Part shown: one piece after another, positions 28,701 to 37,548 of the stretch | Layout: every line of letters starts with the position of its first letter | Position numbering within the stretch: the stretch's first letter is position 1 | Assembly (NCBI GenBank): GCA_037379345.1 | Contig: CM074511.1 | Coordinates: 1,488,001 to 1,552,000, forward strand | From: Perna viridis | Lineage: Eukaryota | DNA: 64,000 nt | Direction: 5' to 3' | Position numbers and translations under genes: made by a program | The notes under the pieces: model-generated | What the model was told of the DNA's origin: nothing | Databases searched by the model: none | The model's input: only the letters and a program-made list of their open reading frames with translations

Positions 28701-31700
28701 CAACACATATACAATGAAGTTGGAACTTTTTTTTTTCAAACAAATTGGATTTTGAAATTGTGTAATTTGAATACTGCCGACAAAGATCTTATTGGGATTC
28801 TGATTAAATTAACAACAGACTCTGACAAGCGCTTTCATTTGGAATTGATATTTGACAATTTGTCAAATCATAAAATAATTCTTAGTCTTGACATGCAGTG
28901 ACTTTATATTTGGTTCAAGTATCCATAGAAACCCATGAAGTTCTCCCACAATGGAAGAACATTACAACAGAAAACATACATATAAAGATCTGAGGCTAAA
29001 GTGCCTTTAAGTCCACTGATAAAGGCAGTGACACAGAAGCCATGTGATAAAACAATCTCCTCCAGAAACAAAACTTAAATTTTAAAACTTGGTTGGTACA
29101 ATTTTGTTAAGGATGAAAAGAAAGCTGTGCACTCTAAGGAATTTCAATTCTTCAAATGATTAATTTGTATTATTATGTAGAGATAATACACTTACATCAC
29201 ATTATCGTCCATGTTAAGCATAGCCCTTAGCCCTATCCTTCCTTTGGGAACAGGTGCATGACCCCTATGCCCTATCCTTCCTTTGGGAACAGGTACATGG
29301 ACCCTCTGCCCTACAAAACAGCCCATGGGGAACAGGTACATACAGTTGTAAACCCTTAGCTGTATCCAACAGCCCAAGGGGGACTGATTGTATATTAGTT
29401 ACCCCTTAGTTCTTCCCTACAGCCACGGGGAAGTGATCATACATTGGTAACCTCTTAGCTATACACTACAACCACAGGGAAGAGATCGTACATTGGTAAC
29501 CTCTCAGCTCTACACTACAGCCGTGGGGAAGAGATCATACATTGGTTACCTCTCAGCTCTACACTACAGCCGTGGGGAAGAGATCATACATTGGTTACCT
29601 CTTAGCTCTACACTACAGTCGTGGGGAAGAGATCATACATTGGTAACCTCTTAGCCCTACACTACAGCCGTGGGGAAGAGATCATACATTGGTAACCTCT
29701 TAGCTCTACACTACAGCCGCGGGGAAGAGATCATACATTGGTAACCTCTCAGCTCTATACTACAGCCATGGTGAAGAGATCATACATTGGTAGCTTCTTA
29801 GCACTACACTACAGCCATGGGGAAGAGATGATACATTGGTAACCTCTTAGCTCTACACTACAGCCGTAGGGAAGAGATCATATATTAATAACCCCTACAG
29901 CGATGGAGTACATACAGTGGTAGTCCTGGAGTATTTATTGTCTTTCTGGAGTTTGTCTGGGTATACTGATGTAATATTGGTACAGGTTTCACCCTTGTAT
30001 CCAAGCCATCGCAGAGCGGACTCATGATCTTGACATTGCTCTCGTAAACTGCATCTAAAAAAAGATATAAATAAAACATTAGTTTCAAGAACATACAGTT
30101 GGTAATTTCATTCAAGAGTTAAATCAAAAGACAAATAGTTCTTCTACACTTTTCTTTTGAAGAACAGTTTCCAGGGTCATAACCCCTGGTATTTAAAAGT
30201 TAACAAAGCCAGAGTCTGTTATTTTTGGTTGGTTAAAAAATAAAACCAATCATCAAAAACCTTCTAAACATTAAATTAATAAAGTAAATATATATAATTT
30301 ATAATTGTGTAAATAACCATGATTTTCACTATGTTGACAAATCAGACCTGATAAAATAGTAATACCCTTTTTGAAACTGTCTCATTCAAACTCAATCAGA
30401 AATATCACCCTAAAAAACTTTTAACCTATTAATATTTTGGTCTCCATTGACAATTCCCTAAAACAGCAATTAATTTTCTTTCTATTCTGATAATAATCAC
30501 TTCAGTAAATTTCAATGGTAATTATGATTTTTGCCTACTTTTTCGGTGCTAAAAGAATGAAGTGGAATTCCCTACAAGGCCATAAAAGATCACCACTACA
30601 GAGACTCCCATCAACTGTTCTATTATATCAGGTGACAAAATATTGACATAAACTGGAAGCCAGATCCATTTTGACTGTTAAAAAAACCTGTAGGAATGGC
30701 TATCCATAATGTCATATCTTAAAACATCTTAGCTGCAATGTTTTCTATTTTGTTATCTATAATGTGCCCATAGAGAACAATAAAATCTATAAATCTATCA
30801 TCAGTGGTGCCATCAACATTAATGGGTAAATCCCTGGACACTACTCCCTCATACAGCTTTCATTATTACTTGTAGGAGAAAAATATATACAAAGTCTTCA
30901 TGTTCTGTCCCTAAGTGTTAAATTTTCACAGTAATAATTCAGATCCACAGACCCAATCCATATTTAAGAGATGTTTTTTAATAGATGTTACTGGCCCAGT
31001 CTGGAATTTATCAGGAAGAATATGTATTGTCTTAGACAGGTAAGTGTAACAGAGATGCACCGAAAACTCACTGATTGATAGAAAATTTTCATAACCCTTG
31101 TCATGCCGAAAAGTCTAGATTTTGATATTTTGCAAACTTATGCAAATTAGTTGCACAATGGTACTGATGATTGTTATATATACGTTAAAAGATGGTTGAT
31201 CATGGGGTGGGGTGCATGGGGTGGGAGGGTGAGTGGGCCAATGCGGTAAAATGGGTCTGTCACTCGAAAATGGTCATTTTTGTCCATTTCTGGCTTTTTT
31301 TGTACATGTGGGGTTCAACAGGAGCAAAACAGAAACCAAAGCAAATTCATCCCACAGCCTGTACCCCATAAAGGCCACTGAAGCCAAAAAAGGTTCGTTA
31401 CAGTAATGAGTGGGGGGTCAGGAGTCTCCCAAATGGTCAATCCTGTGAAAAAATGAGGATTTTTTCCAATTTTTGGCCTCTGTTTGATCTAAAGCGGAGG
31501 TAGTCAATACAGGGGGTCAACATATAAATGGTGGTGACAGACATCATTCTTATTAAGATTCCAGGCAAAATAGAGCACTATAGATTAATTTCAGAACCTC
31601 GTAACCTCTTCTTTCAGCTCTCAAGTCATTATTTTTTAACAAACTCTATAATAGATAGCCTCAATTTAAAGCATAGTCACACTGCTTGCAGATGGACACA

Positions 31701-34700
31701 ATTGTGCTTTCCTAAAATAAGATTAATACTGCCAGAACCAAGGCCAATCCCAAACAGGTACGGGCACAGCACAACAAAGGTTAAAATTATCCAATAAGCA
31801 AGCTGACTGAGGACTGCAAGCCAAGTTCTCACCTTTTTGAAACAACACTAACAGCCTCAATTCTATCCTACCCTCAGTCCAGTAATATAGATCTTGTATA
31901 GTTAATGAAAAATAACCTCAGTATGTGTAAAATGTAACCATTGCAAAGCTCTGCCTTAAAAAATCTTTTTAACTTTGAATATAATGGACAACTTTAAGAA
32001 AATTGTTCTTGATTAAAAGTCAATAGCTATGACCATGTTTATTCCTTACCATAAACTTTTATTCCACAATTTAAGTGTTCATGATGTTATGTAATTGTAC
32101 TAACCTCATAATACTTCAAATGAACGTCACCCTTAAAGTTGCTGTCATCATAAATTAATCAAAATCCCAAAATATTGGTAATGCCAAGTTTAAAGTGAGT
32201 GCAAAGAATCTTATTTGCCAAAAAATAAATGATTTGAACAAAATACTTTCATTTGCCAAAAAATCAAAGGAAAAAGTACTCAATTCAGTAATTGATACCC
32301 TTCCTGGCAATGCAGATTATTATGTTTCATCTAAAAAAAAATTGTCAAAATACAGCAGAAAACGTCTGGCAAAGCTTCAGTATTTTCAGCTATCCAATGG
32401 TCTGGCAAAGCTTCAGTATTTTCAGCTATCCTGCAGATTTATTCTTTCAAATGAAAGACACCTAAATCAATCATATCACTGCAAAGATTCAAATTTGTGA
32501 CTTTTTCAAGGTCCTTAACAGGGAATTTCATGTCATAGGTAGTTATACAGTTATGAAAATGTGGATTAGGAAAGCAATAAGGGACATTTTGATATGTAAT
32601 TTCAACCCAGTAGTCAGAAAATCTGAAATTGACATATCTTGGCATGGTTTAATATATTTTTTTTCTATTCTAGTTCTGACTGATGGAGCCCTCAATTAAC
32701 AACTTTTAATTATAGCACTGAAAATTCAAGTTCTTGTTTTTCAAGGTAATTCTTGCTTTCTAGCTATAGGATTGAAAATGAAGCAATAATTATAGTGTAC
32801 CTTCTCCTGCAAAGAGACAGACATTCTACTTATACCAATTGATGATCATACTAAAACCCAGAAACTCCTAATCATACTCCAGCTCTAATAACATAGCTTG
32901 TGTTCAATGCATTCAATCTAGTCAAATTATATTGTATATTATCCACTTTTACTTTCAAGTTGTCTTGGAAGAGATTCAGACTAAATGTAATACTCCTGAG
33001 AGGTATGATTGCAGATAAGTAGAAATTCAGGAAGTAAATTAATATGTTATATCTTGTCTAAAGAACAGCATCGATTGTGACTGTTCACTTGACTTCCCTC
33101 AAAAGACACCTAAGATACACCAAATCATCTATCAAATCATTTCTACATAGACAGCCCATCCTAATACTGAGGACTATTTATCAAATCATTTCTACAGAAT
33201 GAAGAGGAACAAGTCAGAGCCGATCCAATATCAACATAAAGGGTGATTTATATCCTCTGTCAATGTTTATACAAGTTCTGTCTCTTGTAAATGCTCATTT
33301 CAATATACACGGAAAATCTTATGCCATATTACATGGAGCAATTATAACAATTGGTTGGAACGAATTGAAGTTAAAGTTTGTATTCCACAGAGAAATGAGT
33401 CAGTTTAATAGAAAATATCCTAACGCTATTTCCATAATTATAACAACTGACGCCCCATAGAGAATTGTAAGGTTGAGGAACATTACTCTGTTTGGACAAG
33501 TTGATAACCATAGCTCTTCAATGCTAGTTTCCAGTAGATGAAAATTAAAGAATAGCAAAGCACCTGTAGCACTTGACACAGAAGGAGGGTAATGAGCAAG
33601 CCATGACAACAAAATAACAGGTTAAAAAATAGAAAAAAATATATTGACATTCTGACCCATTTGTAATATCTGGTCACAAATACAGAACTCAGAATAGACT
33701 TATTTTATTGTTAGTACACATCATAACAATAGTCAGATTATGACTGGCATTGATAATATCAGTATATCATGGTATAACTCTACAGAGACTATAACTCAAT
33801 ATGGAAAGATCACCTTTGTTCACTGCACAGGGTCTGCATGATAACACACAAAAGAACAGCTGATTATAACATGTATTATATTCTGCATCTAACACCTGTT
33901 TATAGATCTAGTTTTACTTAAATGCATCTAAATATTACTAGTCATGTAACTGGTGGACTACAGAAACTGCTGAAGTTGTAACAAAGTCTCAACAAAATAT
34001 AAATTGATACTAGATCTGCATTCACTTATGGCAACACAAGAAAAAAAACATAAGGTGAGTGAAATTCATAATTTTTTTTATTTTCAAAATTACTGTGGTA
34101 AAAAATTTCAACTTCTAACATTGTCTGATTTTTTTGTGTTGACATAAATAACTAAACATGAAAATCATACGTAAAAATCTTTGTTTGAAATTTAACATAT
34201 AAATCCTGACTTAAATACATGTAGTTTTTAATACCACTTCAAATACTTGAAAGACATCCAGCAAGTTGACACTAAACACTGTATTTTTGCCAAAAATGCA
34301 AGGTGTACAAAAAACTCTGAGATTTATCCCTTATAGGCATTAAGTGCCATTAGGGATTGCCAATTTGGGCAATACAGGCTGTTCTCAACATTCCATACAG
34401 ATTATCAGATTAACAGTTATATCCATGTTACATATATAATTAGATTTTAATAGTTAATCACTGTTTAATTCTATATAAAAAATGTAGAGAATGTGCACTT
34501 TAGGTACAAGGTGTATTGTGACAGTAGCTAAAGGCCATTAGAAATTAGATTTAAGACCAAATAAAATAAATCATTTGCTTCTCATTCTTCAATCAATACA
34601 ATTTAAAGGGTATGAAATTGTTAGATTGTACTGCTCTACAATGATACTTTGCTGTAAGGTACTACAAACTAGTGCTGACAGAAGGATAGCCAGAATCTCT

Positions 34701-34788
34701 GCACAATATCCCATGTCCTGTTACAAACATGCCTAATTTTGATAAGATACCAAGTACTTACATTTTTTTCTAGACAAAATACAGAAAC

Positions 34789-34834
<46 letters not shown>

Positions 34835-35672
34835 TTACCAAACAAAGCAGAGAAAGCCAACAATATTATCACCCTTGGCCTGTTATACCAGACTATAATA
34901 ATAAGTCATAGGTGTGCTGTAATCAGACACCTCATTTTAATATGACAGATAACACCTTACTGTCACAAGATTTGGCTCAATTATGACACTTCTGGAATAC
35001 CAGACACATTCTTCACTGTGTCAAGGTTCCTCACTGAGAGACTATAAACCACAAATTTATGCAGATACCATACAGTAAAGTCTGTGAAGTAACTAGTGGT
35101 GTTTAAATAGATCTCAATACCACACCAATACATTACTGAATATTACCCAAGCTATGAAAAGTTTTTAAAAATGTCAATGCATTTCTTCAAAAAAAAAAAC
35201 AACTCCTATGTTGTAAGTTACAAGCCAGACTCTGATTTGACATTTCTTTGATTTTATGCAGGAATGACAAATTGACTCTTAAGAGTGTCAAGGGGTTTGA
35301 AATAATGTGGAAAATCAGAGTTTAACATTGAACTCCAGAGTTTATATACAAAGCAACAATGAAACATGGACAATCATAATGGAATGACCATGAAACCTGA
35401 CTGTGAAGAAAAACAAAATCAAAGATCAGCAACAATGTGGTATAGTTTGTCAACTTTAATCACCAACTAATTCAATATGCTACAGTCTATTTACAAGATG
35501 ATAAAGCAACACCAACCTTTCACACTAATAGGTTAAGTAAGTGTATCCCCCTGTGTAATACATGTACTTACTTGTCTTCCAGAGAACACCAGCCACAGAA
35601 AGGATCATTGGCACCTTGGCATTCACCACAACTTTGGTACTGGCTACAATCTTGTAATGCCAACTTATACAA
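1..35672 (-). CDS. PlexA: Plexin-A-like receptor, partial spliced model (11 exons; PSI-IPT-PSI-IPT-PSI-IPT ectodomain segment, 463 aa); both ends outside window
   Basis: join(complement 35572-35672,29916-30054,24777-24942,16059-16155,4611-4728,3095-3223,2672-2785,1335-1437,658-833,247-398,1-94) gives an open 1389-nt frame with canonical GT-AG junctions and matching phases. It contains three PSI motifs (CGECQGANDPFCGWC, CYKCSLSKFNCTWC, CGDCLVIPTEYNCGWC) and an IPT motif (ISPLSGPKMGGTELTIIGENLG). Class A assignment is from remembered colinearity with Drosophila PlexA, not from a search. Confidence 0.93.
247..398 (-). CDS. PlexA: Plexin exon (IPT3): ISPLSGPKMGGTELTIIGENLGRTYPDIVSYVDVAGIPCSPDREKYDPPS(R)
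   Basis: tatag acceptor, gtaaag donor, 152 nt, phase 0 to 2; PxxGPxxGGTxLTIxGxNLG IPT/TIG signature. Confidence 0.95.
489..645 (-). repeat. Degenerate tandem copies of the 3' end of the PSI3 exon, one with a duplicated donor site
   Basis: 489-533 matches exon 673-717 with about 6 mismatches in 45 bp; 586-640 is a second copy ending in gtaagt (minus strand); weaker third copy at 541-575. Confidence 0.8.
658..833 (-). CDS. PlexA: Plexin exon (PSI3): VTIFKCEMMGSSCGDCLVIPTEYNCGWCGTECTTNKVCEKRQELWLHSTSTCPNPKIIS
   Basis: cttttag acceptor, gtaagt donor, 176 nt, phase 1 to 0; PSI motif; ORF 646-834. Confidence 0.95.
1335..1437 (-). CDS. PlexA: Plexin exon (IPT2 end): FSYLENTKSWNVPFKIVWGSKDLRKSLDNPGPVQ
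   Basis: tttcag acceptor, gtaatt donor, 103 nt, phase 0 to 1; WG..LDNP motif typical of plexin A. Confidence 0.92.
1484..1850 (+). mobile_element. Penelope-like retroelement remnant (RT thumb/C-terminal region)
   Basis: Frameshifted translation ..LARICYNVSDFNKRNIYITEKLLHQGFQYKLVKTFAKFFNLYKELILKY..FYGNIIHKAQK resembles the RxC..DF..R...LTxKLLxQG(F/Y)xYxKLxKTFxKF motif of PLE reverse transcriptases (recalled, not searched). Confidence 0.65.
2150..2435. mobile_element. Interspersed repeat fragment, Mytilus-type family
   Basis: Motifs tttaaccccgc..gcctgtcccaagtcagga, gggccagctg and ggttgtctctttgacatattcaccacacccattct resemble, from memory, a very abundant mussel repeat. Confidence 0.45.
2672..2785 (-). 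CDS. PlexA: Plexin exon (IPT2): DFQIPLYCYFSIGSGKFVPARLISFSEQEKVLECDPLE
   Basis: ttttgtag acceptor, gtaagg donor, 114 nt, phase 0 to 0. Confidence 0.9.
3095..3223 (-). CDS. PlexA: Plexin exon: SVGFLHEHTVGPKKCPRIETSSNRILVPSGNPKKVTLFVYNLK
   Basis: ttttcag acceptor, gtaagt donor, 129 nt, phase 0 to 0; GPxxCP motif ending PSI2. Confidence 0.92.
3311..3930. repeat. Minisatellite, 30-bp unit (catttacagaagtgttgtatacatagagtt), about 20 copies degenerating rightwards
   Basis: Visible 30-bp periodicity; 10-aa periodic ORF 3337-3627. Confidence 0.92.
4085..4541. repeat. Minisatellite, 32-bp unit (gtcatggtgatattttatatcctcagtttaaa), interrupted at about 4150-4303
   Basis: About 2 units at 4085-4148 and about 7 units at 4304-4541. 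Confidence 0.85.
4168..4303. mobile_element. Short interspersed repeat fragment, Mytilus-type, inside the 32-bp array
   Basis: gagatgatagtatgattgccactgagacag..ggtcttcaatgatgggcaaaacccatacc resembles, from memory, a common mussel repeat terminus. Confidence 0.45.
4611..4728 (-). CDS. PlexA: Plexin exon (PSI2): CYKCSLSKFNCTWCIKNHLCTHYPLQDCSETDKFVAASN
   Basis: ttttcag acceptor, gtaagt donor, 118 nt, phase 2 to 0; CxxC..CxWC..HxCTH motif. Confidence 0.94.
6200..6793. repeat. Minisatellite, 42-bp unit (caagtactgtctatttctgtcccatcttttactataatctta), about 14 copies
   Basis: Direct periodicity; 14-aa periodic ORFs on both strands. Confidence 0.95.
7125..7395. repeat. Tandem repeat, 70-bp unit x4
   Basis: ccttacatgaggacagac starts at 7125, 7195, 7265 and 7335. 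Confidence 0.92.
8235..8360. repeat. Tandem duplication, about 62 bp x2
   Basis: gaacag..tttactagctggagaat(t/c)gacatca..ttcaatgtttaaggg occurs twice. Confidence 0.8.
9105..9610 (+). mobile_element. Probable decayed HINE-like interspersed repeat
   Basis: atatgactgcag..ctgaacagttagggcaagagtggacacaa and terminal tgatgatgacaccaacgcagacagggtgatacca resemble remembered bivalve Helentron-type elements; no intact termini. Confidence 0.3.
10070..10515. repeat. Minisatellite, 59-bp unit (acattgtgtgttatgatttgagtgtaagtgtaggcaatgcyacgagatgacactcagga), about 7.5 copies
   Basis: Direct periodicity. Confidence 0.95.
13778..14151. mobile_element. Possible degenerate hAT-type MITE
   Basis: Left tagtgcaacaatatac versus right gatatatctttgcagcccta (reverse complement tagggctgcaaagatatat) form an imperfect TAG-starting inverted pair; no TSD seen. 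Confidence 0.25.
14553..14720 (-). mobile_element. (ATTG)n tail with 3' fragment of a SINE related to 44226-44522
   Basis: tgattgattgattgattgattga followed by catgcatttcaagg, echoing tgattgatt..catgcattcaagg at 44241-44290. Confidence 0.4.
15075..15805. repeat. Minisatellite, 46-47-bp unit (tacatgtatctgaaatcaagactgaacacttaaaccagcttggtac), about 15 copies
   Basis: Direct periodicity with alternating variants. Confidence 0.95.
16059..16155 (-). CDS. PlexA: Plexin exon (IPT1 end / PSI2 start): DYINMNLSVVINNTLFVTTNFIFFDCEVHSDD(A)
   Basis: ttttcag acceptor, gtaagt donor, 97 nt, phase 1 to 2; FxFFDC motif preceding PSI2. Confidence 0.93.
17840..18320. repeat. Minisatellite, 66-bp unit (ggtgatacatccacatatctaagcccattgtgatatagccaagacgaatgatcaagaagaactcat), about 7 copies; two carry a caaaagacatgaaa insert
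   Basis: Direct periodicity; 22-aa periodic ORF 18015-18353. Confidence 0.93.
21424..22850 (+). mobile_element. 5'-truncated, decayed non-LTR retrotransposon (CR1/L2 group, Crack-like), antisense to plexin
   Basis: RT motifs broken by stops and frameshifts: CQSALINIIDQWLQELQNGNINLAVLV..LVDHDI, KHGVPQG*ILGPLLFVLFINDL, DLYANDTTL (YADD-like), NSNKTKLMLIG, LLGVKID, IVPLIDYCCIVWG, KKAARLIL, RKSFEYSGSILWN*LP; 3' UTR ends in a (gta)n tail at about 22831-22849. Confidence 0.9.
24777..24942 (-). CDS. PlexA: Plexin exon (IPT1): LTLNISNLPMSAGPFKCQFSAGRTILHTKANRTSSNTVTCETPPPNTIPQFPVDQ
   Basis: ttcag acceptor, gtaaga donor, 166 nt, phase 0 to 1; overlaps ORF 24727-24942. Confidence 0.93.
25778..26253. 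mobile_element. PIF/Harbinger (Tourist-like) MITE nested in the HINE, 476 bp
   Basis: Perfect 15-bp TIR ggtctcactaaccac (25778-92) / gtggttagtgagacc (26239-53); 3-bp TSD TCA on both sides; no ORF. Confidence 0.8.
26330..27500. repeat. Tandem repeat, about 325-329-bp unit x3.5, inside the HINE
   Basis: The ctactgtctgac landmark recurs at about 26365, 26689, 27018 and 27344. Confidence 0.92.
29225..29930. repeat. Minisatellite, 49-bp unit (cattggtaacctcttagctctacactacagccgtggggaagagatcata), about 10 regular copies plus older degenerate copies, homologous to the adjacent exon donor junction
   Basis: Direct periodicity 29420-29885; final unit overlaps the exon boundary at 29916. Confidence 0.92.
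29916..30054 (-). CDS. PlexA: Plexin exon (PSI1 C-half): CSLREQCQDHESALRWLGYKGETCTNITSVYPDKLQKDNKYSRTTT
   Basis: poly-T-ag acceptor, gtatgt donor, 139 nt, phase 2 to 0; frame differs from ORF-track entry 29885-30115. Confidence 0.93.
31093..31520. mobile_element. GC/CpG-richer insert, probable DNA-transposon fragment
   Basis: Abrupt compositional shift with G-runs and retained CpGs; starts taacccttgtcatgccg; no matching right TIR found. Confidence 0.3.
34793..34830. repeat. (TA)19 microsatellite
   Basis: Direct reading. Confidence 0.97.
35572..35672 (-). CDS. PlexA: Plexin exon (end of Sema / PSI1): LYKLALQDCSQYQSCGECQGANDPFCGWCSLED(K)
   Basis: ttttcag acceptor, gtaagt donor, 101 nt, phase 0 to 2; classic PSI CxxCxxxxDPxCGWC motif; missed by the ORF track. 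Confidence 0.95.
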
Positions 35673-36451
35673 CTGAAAAATAAATATTTATTATATCATT
35701 AGAGCTGGGTTACTCAACCAACATCACGACCAGACATAATGTCAAACTGTGTGGTAGGAGAGTCAAAAAGTGAACAAAAATACAATTTATTTCCTAAATC
35801 TCATCATTTTTCTTCTAAAATTACTTTCAGAAGTAAGTCCCTGTATTTTCTACATTTGCCAAGATGAAAACCAATATATAAGCATTGCATATGATGATGT
35901 GCAAAAGAAAACAATCTTGCATATTGCTACAAATTGTACAGAAAGCAGTATATTTTCCTGTGACAGCAAACACAATGTAATAACAGATTGGAACAAATAA
36001 AGTAATTTCTTTCCTCAAGCAACAAGCCAAACCAATATCAGATAGAGTCACCTTGCTGGAAGATAGATTGCTTTTTATTGCTCTATCTTCATTTATGACA
36101 GGAAATTTATTTAATTTTCCAAAACTTAAATCATTATTTTAATTTAAAACTAGAAATAAATTGTTCCTACCACTTAAATTGATATGTAACTCTGGTCTCA
36201 ATTACTACTGTGGGGAAGAAATATGAGGCTGTAACAGGAAGCTAGGAGAAATTAAAGTCAAAAGAAATTGTCTATACCATCTTAGTAGGAAATGAATCAG
36301 GAGAAATGCAAAGAACTTAATATCACTCCTCTAAATATCAGAAACATATTGATATGCATTCTGCATTACAAGCATTGCAATAATGAATTTTATAACAGTT
36401 TTTAAATGATAGTAACTTTTTCTTTATTACACAAAATATTCATAGGAAATG

Positions 36452-37183
36452 AATCGACTCAAAAGTTTAAATGTCTGGAGTATCTTAACAAATATTACCT
36501 CTAAATCGACACAACAGTCTAAAGGTCTGCAGTGTCTTAACAAATATTACCTCTGAATTGACACAAAAGTCAAAAGGTCTGCAGTATCTAAACAAATGTA
36601 ACCTCTGAACTGACACAAAGTCTAAAGGTCTGCAGAGTCTTAACAAATGTCACCTCTGAATCGACAAAAAGTCTAAAGGTCTGGAGTATCTTAGCAAATA
36701 TCACCTCTGAATCAACACAAAGTCTAAAGGTGTGCAATGTCTTAACAAATGTAACCTCTGAATCGACATAAAAGTCAAAGGTCTGCAGAGTCTTAACAAA
36801 TATTACCTCTGAATCGACATTAAAGTCTAAAGGTCTGCAGTATCTTAACAAATGTAACCTCTGAACTGACACAAAGTCTAAAGGTCTGCAGAGTCTTAAC
36901 AAATGTCACCTCTGAATCGACAAAAAGTCTAAAGGTCTGGAGTATCTTAACAAATATCACCTCTGAATCAACACAAAAGTCTAAATGTCTGGAGTATCTT
37001 AACAAATGTAACCTCTGAACTGACACAAAGTCTAAAGGTCTGGAGTATCTTAACAAATGTAACCTCTAAACCTCTGAACTGACACAAAGTCTAAAGGTCT
37101 GGAGTATCTTAACAAATGTAACCTCTGAATCAACACAAAGTCTAAAGGTCTGCAGTATCTTAACAAATGTTACTTCTAAATCG
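36452..37183. repeat. Minisatellite, 51-52-bp unit (aacaaatgtaacctctgaactgacacaaagtctaaaggtctgcagagtctt), about 14 copies
   Basis: Direct periodicity; 17-aa periodic ORFs. Confidence 0.95.
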
Positions 37184-37245
37184 AAAAGGTAACACCCAAA
37201 TTTACCATCCAGGCACACTTCCTGAGATTTCGAAGACCGCCATGT

Positions 37246-37548
37246 TAACCCTCATTGTCAGAAGCTGAGTACAGACTGCAATATCAACCCTCATTTTCAG
37301 AAACTTAGTACAAACTGCAATATCAACCCATACTATCAGAAACTAAGTGCAAAGAAACAGCATTTATAACTGCAATATCAACCCTTATTGTCAGAAACAG
37401 ACTGCAAAAAATAGAATCAATAACTGCAATAATGTCAGAAACTAAGTGCAAAGATTTTCAATATCTACCCTTATCATCAAAAACTGAGTAAAAACTTCTT
37501 GTCAGAAACTGAATACAGAGTAACAATATCTTTACTTGCAATATCTAC
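37246..37548. repeat. Degenerate tandem repeat, about 39-bp core (aaccctcattgtcagaaactgagtacagactgcaatatc)
   Basis: Recurring tcagaaact and actgcaatatcaaccc motifs. Confidence 0.7.

Noticed and set aside
31093-31520. piggyBac element starting taaccctt
   Set aside because: No intact TTAA and no matching right-hand TIR found
34756-34775. Minus-strand ag|AAAAAAAT|gtaagt as a plexin microexon
   Set aside because: 8 nt would break the frame between two exons that already join cleanly
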